Source: Lepidodermella squamata (Eukaryota; Animalia; Gastrotricha). Taken from it: 64,000 nt of DNA. Positions 52,987 through 64,000 of this stretch are shown here, piece after piece; positions within the stretch are counted from its first letter, which is position 1; the number at the start of each line of letters is the position of its first letter. The position numbers were made by a program, and so were the translations under genes. The stretch covers positions 2,108,001 through 2,172,000 of the forward strand of contig JBLDXI010000009.1 in assembly GCA_047495785.1 (NCBI GenBank), given 5' to 3'. The notes beneath the pieces were generated by a model. The model ran no database searches. It was not told the origin of the DNA and saw only the letters and a program-made list of their open reading frames with translations.

Positions 52987-55286
52987 CGTGAATTTGTATG
53001 CAAAAACCTAGAGGGAATAAATTATGTTGAGTGTAGAAATTCACGCCTGTCACATTTACAATTTCTACACACCCCTAGGGGAAACAACGAAAAATAGCAC
53101 GCAAATATCGCACAACATAATTCATAAAAAGATTGTCTCCAGCAGTAAATGTGCTCTGATGTGGCAAGTTGTAAAATAGTAAACCAGACACAGTAGCGAG
53201 AAATTAATTGGCGACATGAAAAGCTAGACCGACAGTAATTCGCCTCTTGAAAATAGTCATCAGGCTGAAATGTTAAGAGCAATCTAGATAAAGCCGGCAA
53301 ACAACTAGCAATTGTGGCGAATGGTTGGCGTGTGCTATATCACATAACGCAACATTTCAAGTTAAACTCTTCATGCTGTATTCACACGCATGCATCTTTA
53401 CGCACACTGGTCTTATGCATTATATGATCAAATGATGACTAGCACCACGCTTGTAGACGGGTGTCGCACGCCACCCAAGCAAAAATTTGAAACTAGTTCA
53501 CTATTCATGTATATCTTCTTTTAATTCAATGACCTACATCATTCACGGGATGAACTAGAGTCATTTTGTATGAGATTATTTACTTTGATTTTGTCGATTA
53601 GTTGCAAAGCTTTGATGAATTTGCGGGGTCCATAATGCACAAGAAGCCACATTTCACTTTTCACAAGACTAACTCTGCTAACGAAATCAAAGCAGAGCAG
53701 GGAAAATGTAAACGTTTTCAAACAACATAACTCGTTTTCCAGCAGATGGTAAGACTCTAAAACGTCTAAATTATATTTTACGCGTGGTCTAGAATCTGAT
53801 TCGTAATTAGTATCGTAATTCGTAATTAAAAAGAAAACAAATAAAAGGAATATTTTCGCACATTAGCATGCGGTTCCACCAATACAAATTATTTTCGAAT
53901 GAATTATTCGATATTCAGCGAAAATTCACCCACATCAGACGATAAAATCCGACTGAAGGCAAAATATTGCCAGTAACCCAGCATCGATGGCAAAAAGACC
54001 GAAAATTCTCAAAATAATGATATACTCGAGATCCTCAACTCGTTAAGAAGTTGGGCTTTAGTTCGACGTTTCGAATCGTGATGCAGTGCCCGACTCAAAA
54101 ATCTCATGCCGCATTTCAAGTATTTCTCATTAATGAAAGAGCAACAAGTTGAATCCCATGGCAGTGGTAAAAAATATGCCCATATTTTGCATGGATTGTA
54201 GCTAGTGGATTGTTGCTAGGAATATGATATAAATAAAAAAATTTATGTTCAGACGTGTGACGATGCCAATAACAGCAGGTTTCAACTACGATAACTAAAA
54301 AGCAAAAGAGGAGCATGGCAATCATGAAATAAATTATAAAGCTAGACATCTGATTCAAATACACCTTATGCTAGACGGCTAATGGGTTACAGACATGGCG
54401 ACTGGCTACTGGCTACATGCAAAAATGTGAAATCGGTTGATAATCAGCTTAGCAGCCATCAAATAGGTAAAATAGCATGCTTTCGAGCTAGAAGCAGGCA
54501 GTCCCAAGGGGTTAGGATGGAAAACTGAGGAACATGAAACTCGCTATAACAATTGATCAGCATCCTCAACCAGTATTCTAACATGCTAGGCTAGAGGCAA
54601 TCCATCAGCCAAATGAAACCTATCGTGCAGCTAATTGAAAGAGTATTTCGCCGGCTCAAATGCAAGCAGTTGTTCCCCGCACGGCAGACGACAAGTGGAG
54701 CGCAAATGGCGAATGACCGTGCTTCGACAGGTCATGGAATGCTATCAGAGATTAAGTAGTGTACAATGTACAGGTAAGACATCAAGAAAATATCATGACA
54801 CATTGCAACTGGTAACATCACAGTTGGGGTCCACCTGTAGGTAGGCCGACTTCAGCGTAGATGTAGCGTCGGCTTTTCACATGAATTCGGCTTTCGAATT
54901 ATAATACATCGTGCATAGCGTTGGGGCAAATGGCGAATCTTATATATTTTCTCTTGAAAACTCCAGGAAAAGGTGTGCCCAATGCAAACACCAATTAAAC
55001 ACTGTTTGATTATTCTGAGGTAAACCATATACAGGTCTGCGTAGATATAACGTCTGATTCACAAGAAGAAGATCGCTCATCCGCCTGTTTTCAGCTGTCA
55101 AAGAATGCCCGCCAAAAAGCGCCAAACCATTGCCAGTGAAGATTATATTGCATTTAAATAATTTACGCGGTTTATATATTAATTTAGAAAATCGCTTCTA
55201 TATTGTAAAGCAGTTTTGAAATTATAAAACATTTGGAGCCGCAGCAAAATTCTAAAAACGGGGTGTTTTTTCGGTTAGGTTTGGTT

Positions 55287-55736
55287 GGGAAGCGAGTAGT
55301 CGAGTGGTCACAGCGTCTCACTGGCTGCGAAGAGGCACGGGTTCAATCCCCAGAACCGCAAAACGTCAATCTTGCGTCTCCGCACAACGTCTGCATTCTT
55401 CTGCGGTTCTGGGACCGTAAATCAAGCTGCCATGAAGAGTCATGCTGGAGCCAACTGGAGCCAAGGATTTAATCCTCGAGTGTGAAAGCTGCTGGTAATT
55501 CCCGCCAAGCAGTTCCTCCGAGACCGCGGCTCCCTTCCTCCCGGTGTAGGACGCCATTCACCGGCAATCAAGAGATGGCTACTCGGTGCGAAAGCCTGGG
55601 GACCATGGATCGATCAGCAATAATCGGCTCATGTATAGATGACTCTTAGGCCTCATATATGTGATGACATGTGATCCAAGTGCTAAATGTCGAAAGGCGA
55701 ATTGCGCAATAAAGTATGAGTATGAGTATGAGTATG
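55287..55736 (+). mobile_element. tRNA-derived SINE with a structured body and (GTATGA)n tail
   Basis: A box TAGTCGAGTGG (55297-55307), B box GGTTCAATCCC (~55340-55350), AATAAA (55708-55713), then GTATGA tandem repeats (55714-55736). Confidence 0.7.
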
Positions 55737-56944
55737 GGCGTCAAATCAAACAAAACACAGCAGGCGATTTTGCGGTCCAAGGTAAAGATAGCGAATTCAA
55801 TCAATTAAGGATCGATAGATGCATAGATTGCATGGAAACAACTGTGCAAGGTTAATGATGATAACAAAGATTTCGAAGAAGTGCGAGGCATTGACCCGAC
55901 CGCAAAGGGGTTTCAAGTAGGAAATGCAAGCAGCGAACAACATTGCATGTCATGCTAGTTTTCACGGTTTGCCTGTTTCAAGTTGTTGTCTGCGTGACTG
56001 CGTGGCTGCATGACGGGACATCCTGTTGATTTTTCATAACATGGGACGCAATCTAATAAACAGAAATGATATCATCGACAACTTGCTTCGAATTTTCGAT
56101 ACATTCCGGGCGCCGGTGTCGCAGCGGAGCGAGACCGCTGTCAAGTGCGAGTAGGTTCCTGGCTCTACTCTCGGCCGCTGCAAAGGTCAGCAGTGCCGTG
56201 TGCTGCTTGTTGCTTGTGGAACACATATCTCAACTTCGGCCGTTCGAGGCCAAGTAATAGCTGCCAAGCGCGAGTTGCTGAGGGCAAGCCCGTGAGCTGA
56301 AAACCGGTCGGTGGTTCCGGCGATCCATCGTGCAAACCGCTAGCAAAGCCACATTTCCGGTCGCTGTGATGATCTCGCTTTTTTCAGTCCTATGGCCTCG
56401 CTGAAATATCTGCAAGTGGCAATACATAGCCAGAGTGAAGTCTTCTCTGCCTTTACACTTTCTGATGTCAAAAACCGCCTCTTGGCTCTGATTGTGGAAA
56501 AGTGTTTCGAGAATTAACATTTCTATGAGGATTTTTCGCTGAATGTATGGAACAAGAAGCTCGCGACAATCAATCATTTCAATCACTTCCTTGCTTTTCA
56601 GATAATTTGCTCCGACAATTCGATAAAATTTGAAGCTTTAAGTGACATTCAAACATCGACCGCAGGTTGTAAGTTGAACAATTTTGAGCACTGACAGTAG
56701 AGAATACTCTATGGATTGGCCGGTTGGTGGAATCCATAACTCCGACTTTTTACATAAATCACGCGTCCTATGAAACCTTTGAAAATCAGTATTTTGTTAT
56801 TCACTCGAATACTCGAATGGTATTCACATAGTCTAGTTGGAAACGTGTGTTGGATGCGCACTTCATAATAACAAATTCACCCGAGTATGTCTATCATTTC
56901 AACAATTTTCAAGGAAATTCATCAGTTCCAAGAGCTATGAAAAT

Positions 56945-58276
56945 CTATGATGAAACACAATAAGGTGGTTTGTCCGCAAGCTCGCCATAATAATCGCCAT
57001 TTTTCTCGTTGACAAACGACCAATACCCGATGACTCGGGTGCTGTTCGCATTGCATTGGTGACATCGGCCCTCTCGATACAACTTAAGAGATTCGCATGG
57101 GCAGAATTTTCCGAAGGTACAAGTTCTGTTAGCTTCAATAACAGCAGCAAAGCCTCCATGCGACATGGTAATTGTCGGCTGGTATAGAATAGTTTCGCCG
57201 AATATGAGCGCTGCCCGGGAGTGGCTGCAAGAGAGCTGTGCCGTGACCCATTTAGCAATGTCGCTAAAAACGCCTCGCCTCTTCCGACGACCAGAAATTG
57301 ACGAGCAGCCTGGTTGAGAACTCGATCCAGAAACATAGAAGTCAACATGACCAACTGATCGATCCAAACCCAACCGTGATGCTTTAGAAACAATTTAACT
57401 TTTATTTTCTCCAATCGATTTCAACTTACTATGAATCACATCAACATAATCCGCATCCCCTACGTCGACTCGTGCTGAGGCATCATTGACATCAAATGTT
57501 GGCCATGCTGGGTCTAGTGCAGTCAATCGGCTCCACCCTGAACCTTGATATGGCTTCAAACGTTTACCGGCGAACCCGCACACATGGCTGATTTAATACA
57601 AATTATAACTGTAAATTGCTTCCAAAAGTACCAAGTGAAAACGGTTACCTCCCCAAGCTGAATCCGATACAATGAGTTGCTGAGGCATTGAAATTTCTAT
57701 TTGAAAGCAAGAAATCGGACAGAGCCGCTGCAATACTTCGAGTGTTGCTGGCTGGCGTATCATATGGATTCAAGCCTATTGTGAGCTTGGCCCCTTCTTG
57801 CCAGTCGACAAATAGCACCTCAACATTTGGCTATTTTGAAACACGATCAGTGCACATGATTGAATAATTGGCATAATAAATACTTTAATGGTAAATAAGT
57901 TTCTTATGATTGGCTGATTCCAAGCTAATGTTGCGTTGTAGCTCCCAGTCCATCCATGAACCAAGACTACCAGTTCACCATCCATTCGCATCAATGAGCT
58001 TGAGCTAATAATAGTTTGATTCGTTGCACTTCCCCGAAAATATCGATAGACGGGTCGAAGTTTTCCGAAGGGATCGCCAGGAAGTGGCAACGAAGAAAAC
58101 GGAGCACCATTGGAAAAGCAGTATCGTGTAATGGTTCCGTTGTAGCAAACAGTCTTTACATTGGCTCTATAGGTGCATCTCAGGTTGTGATGAAACCTCT
58201 GTGGTATGGGAAATCATTACCTGGTCGGCTGGAAAAACAAGGGCACGAGGCAAAATGCTGTAATCACTGAAAGCAT
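56945..58276 (-). CDS. Secreted pancreatic-lipase/PLA1-family lipase, tandem copy A (no C-terminal PLAT domain)
   Basis: Signal peptide; VCY...CFSN..PF; VHGW; CIGFSLG|SHVCGFAG; LTALDPAWP; DADYVDVIH; VGHVDFY; SCSHSRA. Confidence 0.9.
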
Positions 58277-59248
58277 TATATGCGTCTTGTACGTCTTAAA
58301 ATCTGACTATGATATGATAAGGAACATTTTTTAATAATGCGCATCAGCGGTACGTTAATAAATGCCTATGTAGCAGCATGCGACGTTCAGCATTTCATTT
58401 ACGTGTCTGTAAATATTGAAGGTGAGCTAACATGGAATAGCATTTACATGACGATCCATACGCCAGTTGACATTCTCATTGATGAATAAAACTGCTTAGA
58501 GCAATTTCGAAGCATAGTGAAGGTAGTGAGCATATTCGATCAACTAAGTATAGGTAGATTCCAACTCCAAGCATGAAACAACGTTGCATGTGAATGACAA
58601 CGAAGATTTCGAACAAAGTTCGAGAAATCGACCCGAACGAATCGGGGTTTGAAGTTGGGCAAGTAGGGCAAGTAAGCAGTGCTTATAACTCAACATATCA
58701 GTCTAACATTGACGATTTACTGTTTCAAGTTGTAATGATTTACTTGGCGGGACATCCTGCTGAATCTGCATAATGTGTGACGCGTGCTAATAAATTAACA
58801 CAAATGATAGCATCGACAGTTTTCGACAGTTTCGAATGCTTTGAATTTTCGATGCATCAAGCTTGAATTTAAGTGCGATGAGTAATAAGAGTAGGTTGCT
58901 GTTTGTTCTACCGTATACTTGTGTTTTCATCTTAAAATAAATCAGTAAGTAATTTCCCATGTCATTGATGGTGGATAAGTGCTTTGAGAATGAGAAAATT
59001 ATGCGCACTGATTGGTCATAGAGAACGGAGTGAGTTCATAGTTTTCTATAAGTAAAATGTTCTTTTGGACGTATCCATATACCTTCGACTTGCCACATTA
59101 ATCGTGCATTACATGAAACTTTTGCAAAACAGGCTTGTTCAGTGTTCACGTTGTTGGATGCGCCTTCATGAAAGTAAAAATTCACTCAAGTATGTATATC
59201 ATTTTCAACTATTTTCAAGGAAATTCGAAAGTTCCAAGCGATACAAAT

Positions 59249-60577
59249 CTATGACGAAACACAATAAGGTGGTTTGTCCGCAAGCTCGCCAAAATAATCG
59301 CCATTTTTCTGGTTGACAAACGACCAGTATCCGATGATTCGGGTGCTGTTCGCATTGCATTGGCGACATCGGCCCTCTCGGTACGACTTAAGAGACTCGC
59401 ATGGGCAGAATTTTCCGAAGGTACAAGTTCTGTTAGCTTCAATAACAGCAACAGAGCCTCCATGCGACATGGTAATTGTCGGCTGGTATAGAATAGTTTC
59501 GCCGAATATGAGCGCTGCCCGGGAGTGACTACAAGAGAGCTTTGACTTTACCCACTGGGCGATGTCGCTAAAAACGCCTCGCCTCTTCCGACGACCAGAA
59601 ATTGAGGAGCAGCCTGGTTGGGAACTAGATCCAGAGACGTAGAAGTCAACGTGACCAACAGATCGATCCAAACCCAACCGAGAAGCTGTAAAAGAAATTT
59701 TCATATTCGAAGCTCGCAATTGGATGTCAACATACTATGAATCACATCAACGTAATCCGCATCTCCTTCGTCTACTCGAGCTGAGGGATCATCGACGTCA
59801 AACGTAGGCCACGCCGGGTCCAACGCAGTCAGGCGACTCCACCCTGAGCCTTGATACGGCCTCATACGTTTACCAGCGAACCCACAGACATGGCTATTAT
59901 ACAAAGACGATGCCTAAATTGCTTGCAGGTGAGTAAAAAAGCTTACCTCCCCAAGCTGAACCCTATGCAATGAGTCGCCGAGGCATTGAAACGTCTATTC
60001 GAAAGCAAGAAGTCGGACAGAGCCGCTGCGATACTTCTAGTGTTGCTGGCTGGTGTGTCGTAAGGATTCAAGCCTATTGTGAGCTTGGCGCCTTCTTGCC
60101 AGTCGACAAACAGCAACTCAATATTTGGCTATTTCAAAACACGAGCGGTTCAAAACATGATGGAATGATTGGCATACTAGATACCTTCACGGTAAATAAG
60201 TTTCTTATGATTGGCTGATTCCAATCTAACGATCCGTTGTAGCTCCCCATCCATCCGTGAATCAAGACTACCAGTTCACCGTCCAATTGCATCAATGAGC
60301 TTGAGCTAATAATGGTGTGATTTGTTGCACTTCCGCGAAAATATCGATAGACGGGTCGAAGCTTTCCGAACGGATCACCTGGAAGTGGCAAAGAAGAGAA
60401 CGGAGCGCCATTGGAAAAGCAATATCGTGACATGGTGCCATTGTAACACACAGTCTTTACACGGGCTCTAAGGGTGCATCCTATGTTGTGATGAAAACTC
60501 TGTGGCAAGGGAAATCATTACCTGGTCGCCTGGAACAACAAGGGCACGAGGCAAAATGCTGTAATCGCCGAAAGCAT
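59249..60577 (-). CDS. Secreted pancreatic-lipase/PLA1-family lipase, tandem copy B
   Basis: Same exon structure and motifs as copy A, with mostly synonymous differences in the core exons. Confidence 0.9.
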
Positions 60578-61011
60578 AGTGTGTCTTGTACGTCTTCAAA
60601 TCTGACTATGGCCGAATAAGGAACACTCTTGAATAATACACATCAGCGGTATGTGAATAACTGCCTAGCTGCATGTGCCGTAGTTCAGTTTGCATTTCAT
60701 TTACGTGCCTGTAAATATTGAAGGTGAGTTGACATGGAGTAGCATTTACATTATTATTCATATATACCTATATCGTATACTCCAATGTGACTCATTGGTG
60801 AAAACTGCATAGAGCGATTTCCGTTTCAAATCAAATTTTCGGGATATCATGGTGGAAAATAAAAATATCACAATGGAGTGAACCAATTAGCATCATCATT
60901 ATTTACTCTGATCAAAATACTGACTAAAAGTCGATGATTTTTTACATTAAACTATGACACTGAAAATGGGATCAAACGCATTAATGTTAAAGTTTTTGGC
61001 CTTGATACTTT

Positions 61012-62273
61012 TCAACAGCACGGAAACGTTGGAGTAAAATTGCCGGCAGCCGGTGCAAGTTTGTTTCGAACGAGAAACGACGCGATAACATCAGCCAACT
61101 TATCAGGAGCATCTTCATGCACCGCATGGCCACATTTTTCGATGACTTGCAACTGAAATTGGCCCCGCATTTGGCCGACAGTGAGATCTTTATCGAGCCG
61201 ATCCATGCCGGCTAAAACTAGCACGCGCGGCACAGTCAGTGAAAGAAACAGCTTTGACAGGTTCTCGAACCAACCGGGCCAGAATTTCTCAGTCTCGCCG
61301 AGATCGATCCGCCAGACCCATTTAGCACCATCACAGCTGGAAGTCTCAGCTTTCTCATCTGTTTTACTTTAAATGAAACAAATGATTCGTCTATATGGGA
61401 ATATTTTGCAAACACTTACGTCGAGCTAACGCTGGTAGAAGCTTCAACGTGGCCCTCAGATTCCTCTTCAGCTTCCTCACTGATACCACCGAGGTTATGG
61501 GTTTCTGTTACTGCAGCAGAAGTAGCGGCCTCAGCGGCAGTCGTAGATTTCGCTTCAGTTTTGATAACTTGGCCTGGCATTGAAATCCTAGCAGCCTCAA
61601 TATTTCGGGTTTGGCCTGACTTCACGCTCCAGGATATCGCAGCATCAATCGTTGGAAATGACTGGGGCCGCGATTTCAGAAAAGTCTGCATCGACCCAAG
61701 GGCTTCAATTGCCGTACCTTCAACCACGTCGATAACTACAACGCCTACGATATTTTCTATCAGGTTTTCACTGGCAGTTCGAACAGCAAGAGCGCCGCCC
61801 ATTGAATGGCCGAGTAGCATGACGCCTGTAATATCGACGCCATTATTTTTCTTCGTTTCACGGTATTGATTGACAACGCGAGATATATCGCGAGTCATAG
61901 TTGCGGCTGATAGATCGGTATCGTCAGAAGTGTGGGTTTCACCGTGACCACGTAAATCGATAGCCAGACAGCCGACTGAAGCTCGTTTGACCAGCTCAGA
62001 AGCGAATAGCGCCCATGTCAAGCCGGAGTAACCACCTCCGTGGAGAAGAACTACCAGCAGCGATGCATCCGATGGACCGCAAGAATGGATTTTGAATGAA
62101 GAGCCTGGATCGTCCTCGAATTTGATATCCTGAGAATCGCTGAAATATGTTGTCCAAGGCAGTGGGGTGAAATCGACCTCCCGCCTACCAGCCCCGGCGC
62201 CTCGACCAGGTGGGCCTCGGGGCGGCAACCGATGACCATCTCCAAGCGCCGATTTCAGAAGTGGAGAAGCCAT
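61012..62273 (-). CDS. PPME1: Protein phosphatase methylesterase 1
   Basis: LLHGGGYSGLTWALF; DLRGHGET; GHSMGG; VIDVVEGTA; WRIDL; DRLDKDLTVGQMRGQFQL; GHAVHED. Two exons. Confidence 0.95.
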
Positions 62274-62409
62274 TAATAAAATATCTAATCGAAAAATCAG
62301 AGAAAGTTTACAATCACCAACTTAAATCTAGATATAAAAACGCAAATTGAGCTCATGCTATTCTGAGATTGCTACAAAAATATCGAGGCAGGCAGCAATA
62401 CAAAAAGAA

Positions 62410-64000
62410 TCATATTTTCCGCCTAGATTTCGCTGCTGGGACAAAATCTTCATCCTCAGCAATAAAATCGGCGAGATCCTCGCTCGTGTAGTCATAGGAG
62501 ATTGTTGAAGCGTTACTCGATGAGGGTTTTACTTCATCGGCATCTGCGCCATCTGAATTCGCTAGCAATTCTAATACATCACCGGGAATTTCTTCAGGTC
62601 GATCTTTCGGATGAACGTAATCGGTTATGAGAGCCTGATTATCAGCCTAGAATGATCCAAAATTAAGATGGAAATCTTCAATCTAATTATGGCCTCACAT
62701 TAAATTCGTCAACTTTCATCTCCGAAAATGATTCTTTCGTCAAGCCAGCTTTTGAGAGAGTTGTCAGCTTATTTTGAACCATGCTCCTATTAAAGATGAG
62801 TTCATCAAAGAAACGAGTCGGTTTTCCAGTAACTAACCAAACAACATCGTCAGAAGTGTTTTTAGCGATCAAATATTGAACATTCACACAGTTCCTCTGG
62901 CCAATACGATGGCATCGATCTTCGGCTTGGACAAGTATCTATGATTTGAAACACAATTTGGACTTGGCTTTAACAAATGAGGGTTCGAAATTACCCCAGG
63001 GTTCCAGAAGAGTTCGGCGAAAACAACGAGAGATGCCACAGACATGTCGATGCCAGTGGCAGCTGCTGTTATAGAAAGTAAAGATACTCGACATTCGTCA
63101 CTTCTAGCGAATCGATGGATGCAATTGAGCCGCTCTTCGCTAGAAACAGTGCCGTCAATTCGAATATATCCAACACCCTTCAAACGCAAAATATAATTTC
63201 TATAATTTTGAAGTTTAAAACGTTAATACCTCTTCATTCATGAGGTGCTCGATAGCATCGAGCATTTCCATATGATGGGCAAATACAACAAACTTCCTAT
63301 TAGGATCTTGCAGCAAGTCGGAAATGTAGCATCTAACAGCTTGAAGCTTGATTTTCGCAGTTTCATGAAAATACCGCATTAGCGCTGCCCGGAAAGCATT
63401 TTTCTAAAAACACGAGGCTTGATTTAGCATCCAATTTGCAAAAATCAAAGTAAATCACTTACGTCATTCTTCGCTGCGTCGCAAACATTTGCAGCGTTAT
63501 TGAATTCTTTGCTGGATTTCACGGCAGAGGGATCCAATATTACGATTTGGCGCATTTTCGCCGGCAGCTGATCCAGCACGTCTTTCTTAATCCGCCTGAA
63601 TAAAATTACCCATCAAAAGATTTGAGGAACCAATTTGCTCATATATAAAAACCTGATCATTGCCACGTGCTCCATGACAATTTGAAGTTCTCGCATATTT
63701 GAAGACCCGGAATAATCGACGCCCCACTGCTTCGGTTTCGGGTCACAATATCGATCTCCAAAAGGCTTGAAAGCCGAAAACACATCGGGTCGAACGGCTT
63801 GCAGCTGGGTGAAAAGCTCGTTTGGCCGTGATAACGCAGGAGTTCCAGACAAGAGTACTACTCTTTTGCAGCTCTGATAGGCAATAGTTGAGTAAAATTA
63901 TATGGGGTGCAAAGTTGAATTAACCTTTAAAACTTGAAGCGCGGCTTTGGTCCGCGCTGAAGTTGGGCATTTTATCATGTGAGATTCGTCCAAAATAGCG
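62410..64000 (-). CDS. SMARCAL1: SMARCAL1/HARP-like SNF2-family annealing helicase, 5'-partial
   Basis: ILDESH; [16 protein letters not shown]; DYSGSSN; [15 protein letters not shown]; VFAHH; IRIDG; LSITAAATG; FAELFWNPG; QAEDR.HRIGQ. ZRANB3 is less likely given the short C-terminus. Confidence 0.88.

Noticed and set aside
54660-54940. HDV-like ribozyme motif (TCCCCGC loop, GGCGAAT) and a repeated GCAAATGGCGAAT
   Set aside because: The P1, P1.1 and P2 pairings could not be formed.
58167-58220. In-frame TAA TGA after the lipase signal peptide (pseudogene or 24-nt mini-intron)
   Set aside because: A normal 54-nt GT-AG intron removes both stops in frame, and the same intron exists in the second copy.
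1-64000. CRISPR arrays, prokaryotic operons, rRNA or intact tRNA genes
   Set aside because: The sequence is spliceosomal-intron-containing animal DNA. I saw no repeat-spacer array, rRNA or complete cloverleaf.

Overview
Eukaryotic, not prokaryotic: a gene-dense region from an invertebrate with a compact genome and GT-AG introns mostly about 50-60 nt long. About 19 intron-containing or single-exon genes could be reconstructed by hand: an unknown type-I membrane protein (partial), TRIAP1, NUDT9, MORN3, MRM1, EXOC5, RNF25, rabphilin, PIGP, METTL6, an ENPP4/5-like enzyme, RPL6, an SDR16C dehydrogenase, INO80E, an LRR transmembrane protein, a classical calpain, two tandem pancreatic-type lipases, PPME1 and SMARCAL1 (partial). 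Also present are LINE/SINE remnants and pseudogene fragments. The strongest system-level signal is that housekeeping genes sit in co-oriented clusters only 38-225 nt apart, and most start codons in these clusters are preceded 0-16 nt upstream by an apparently unpaired 3' splice acceptor. This is the signature of operons resolved by spliced-leader trans-splicing. Other leads are duplicated alternative last exons in MORN3, a 9-nt calpain microexon, a furin-type site inside the lipase lid, a rabphilin C2B domain lacking Ca2+ ligands, an intronic C/D snoRNA candidate and a highly structured tRNA-derived SINE. All gene names come from recognising motifs by eye; no database search was run and exon boundaries are manual.
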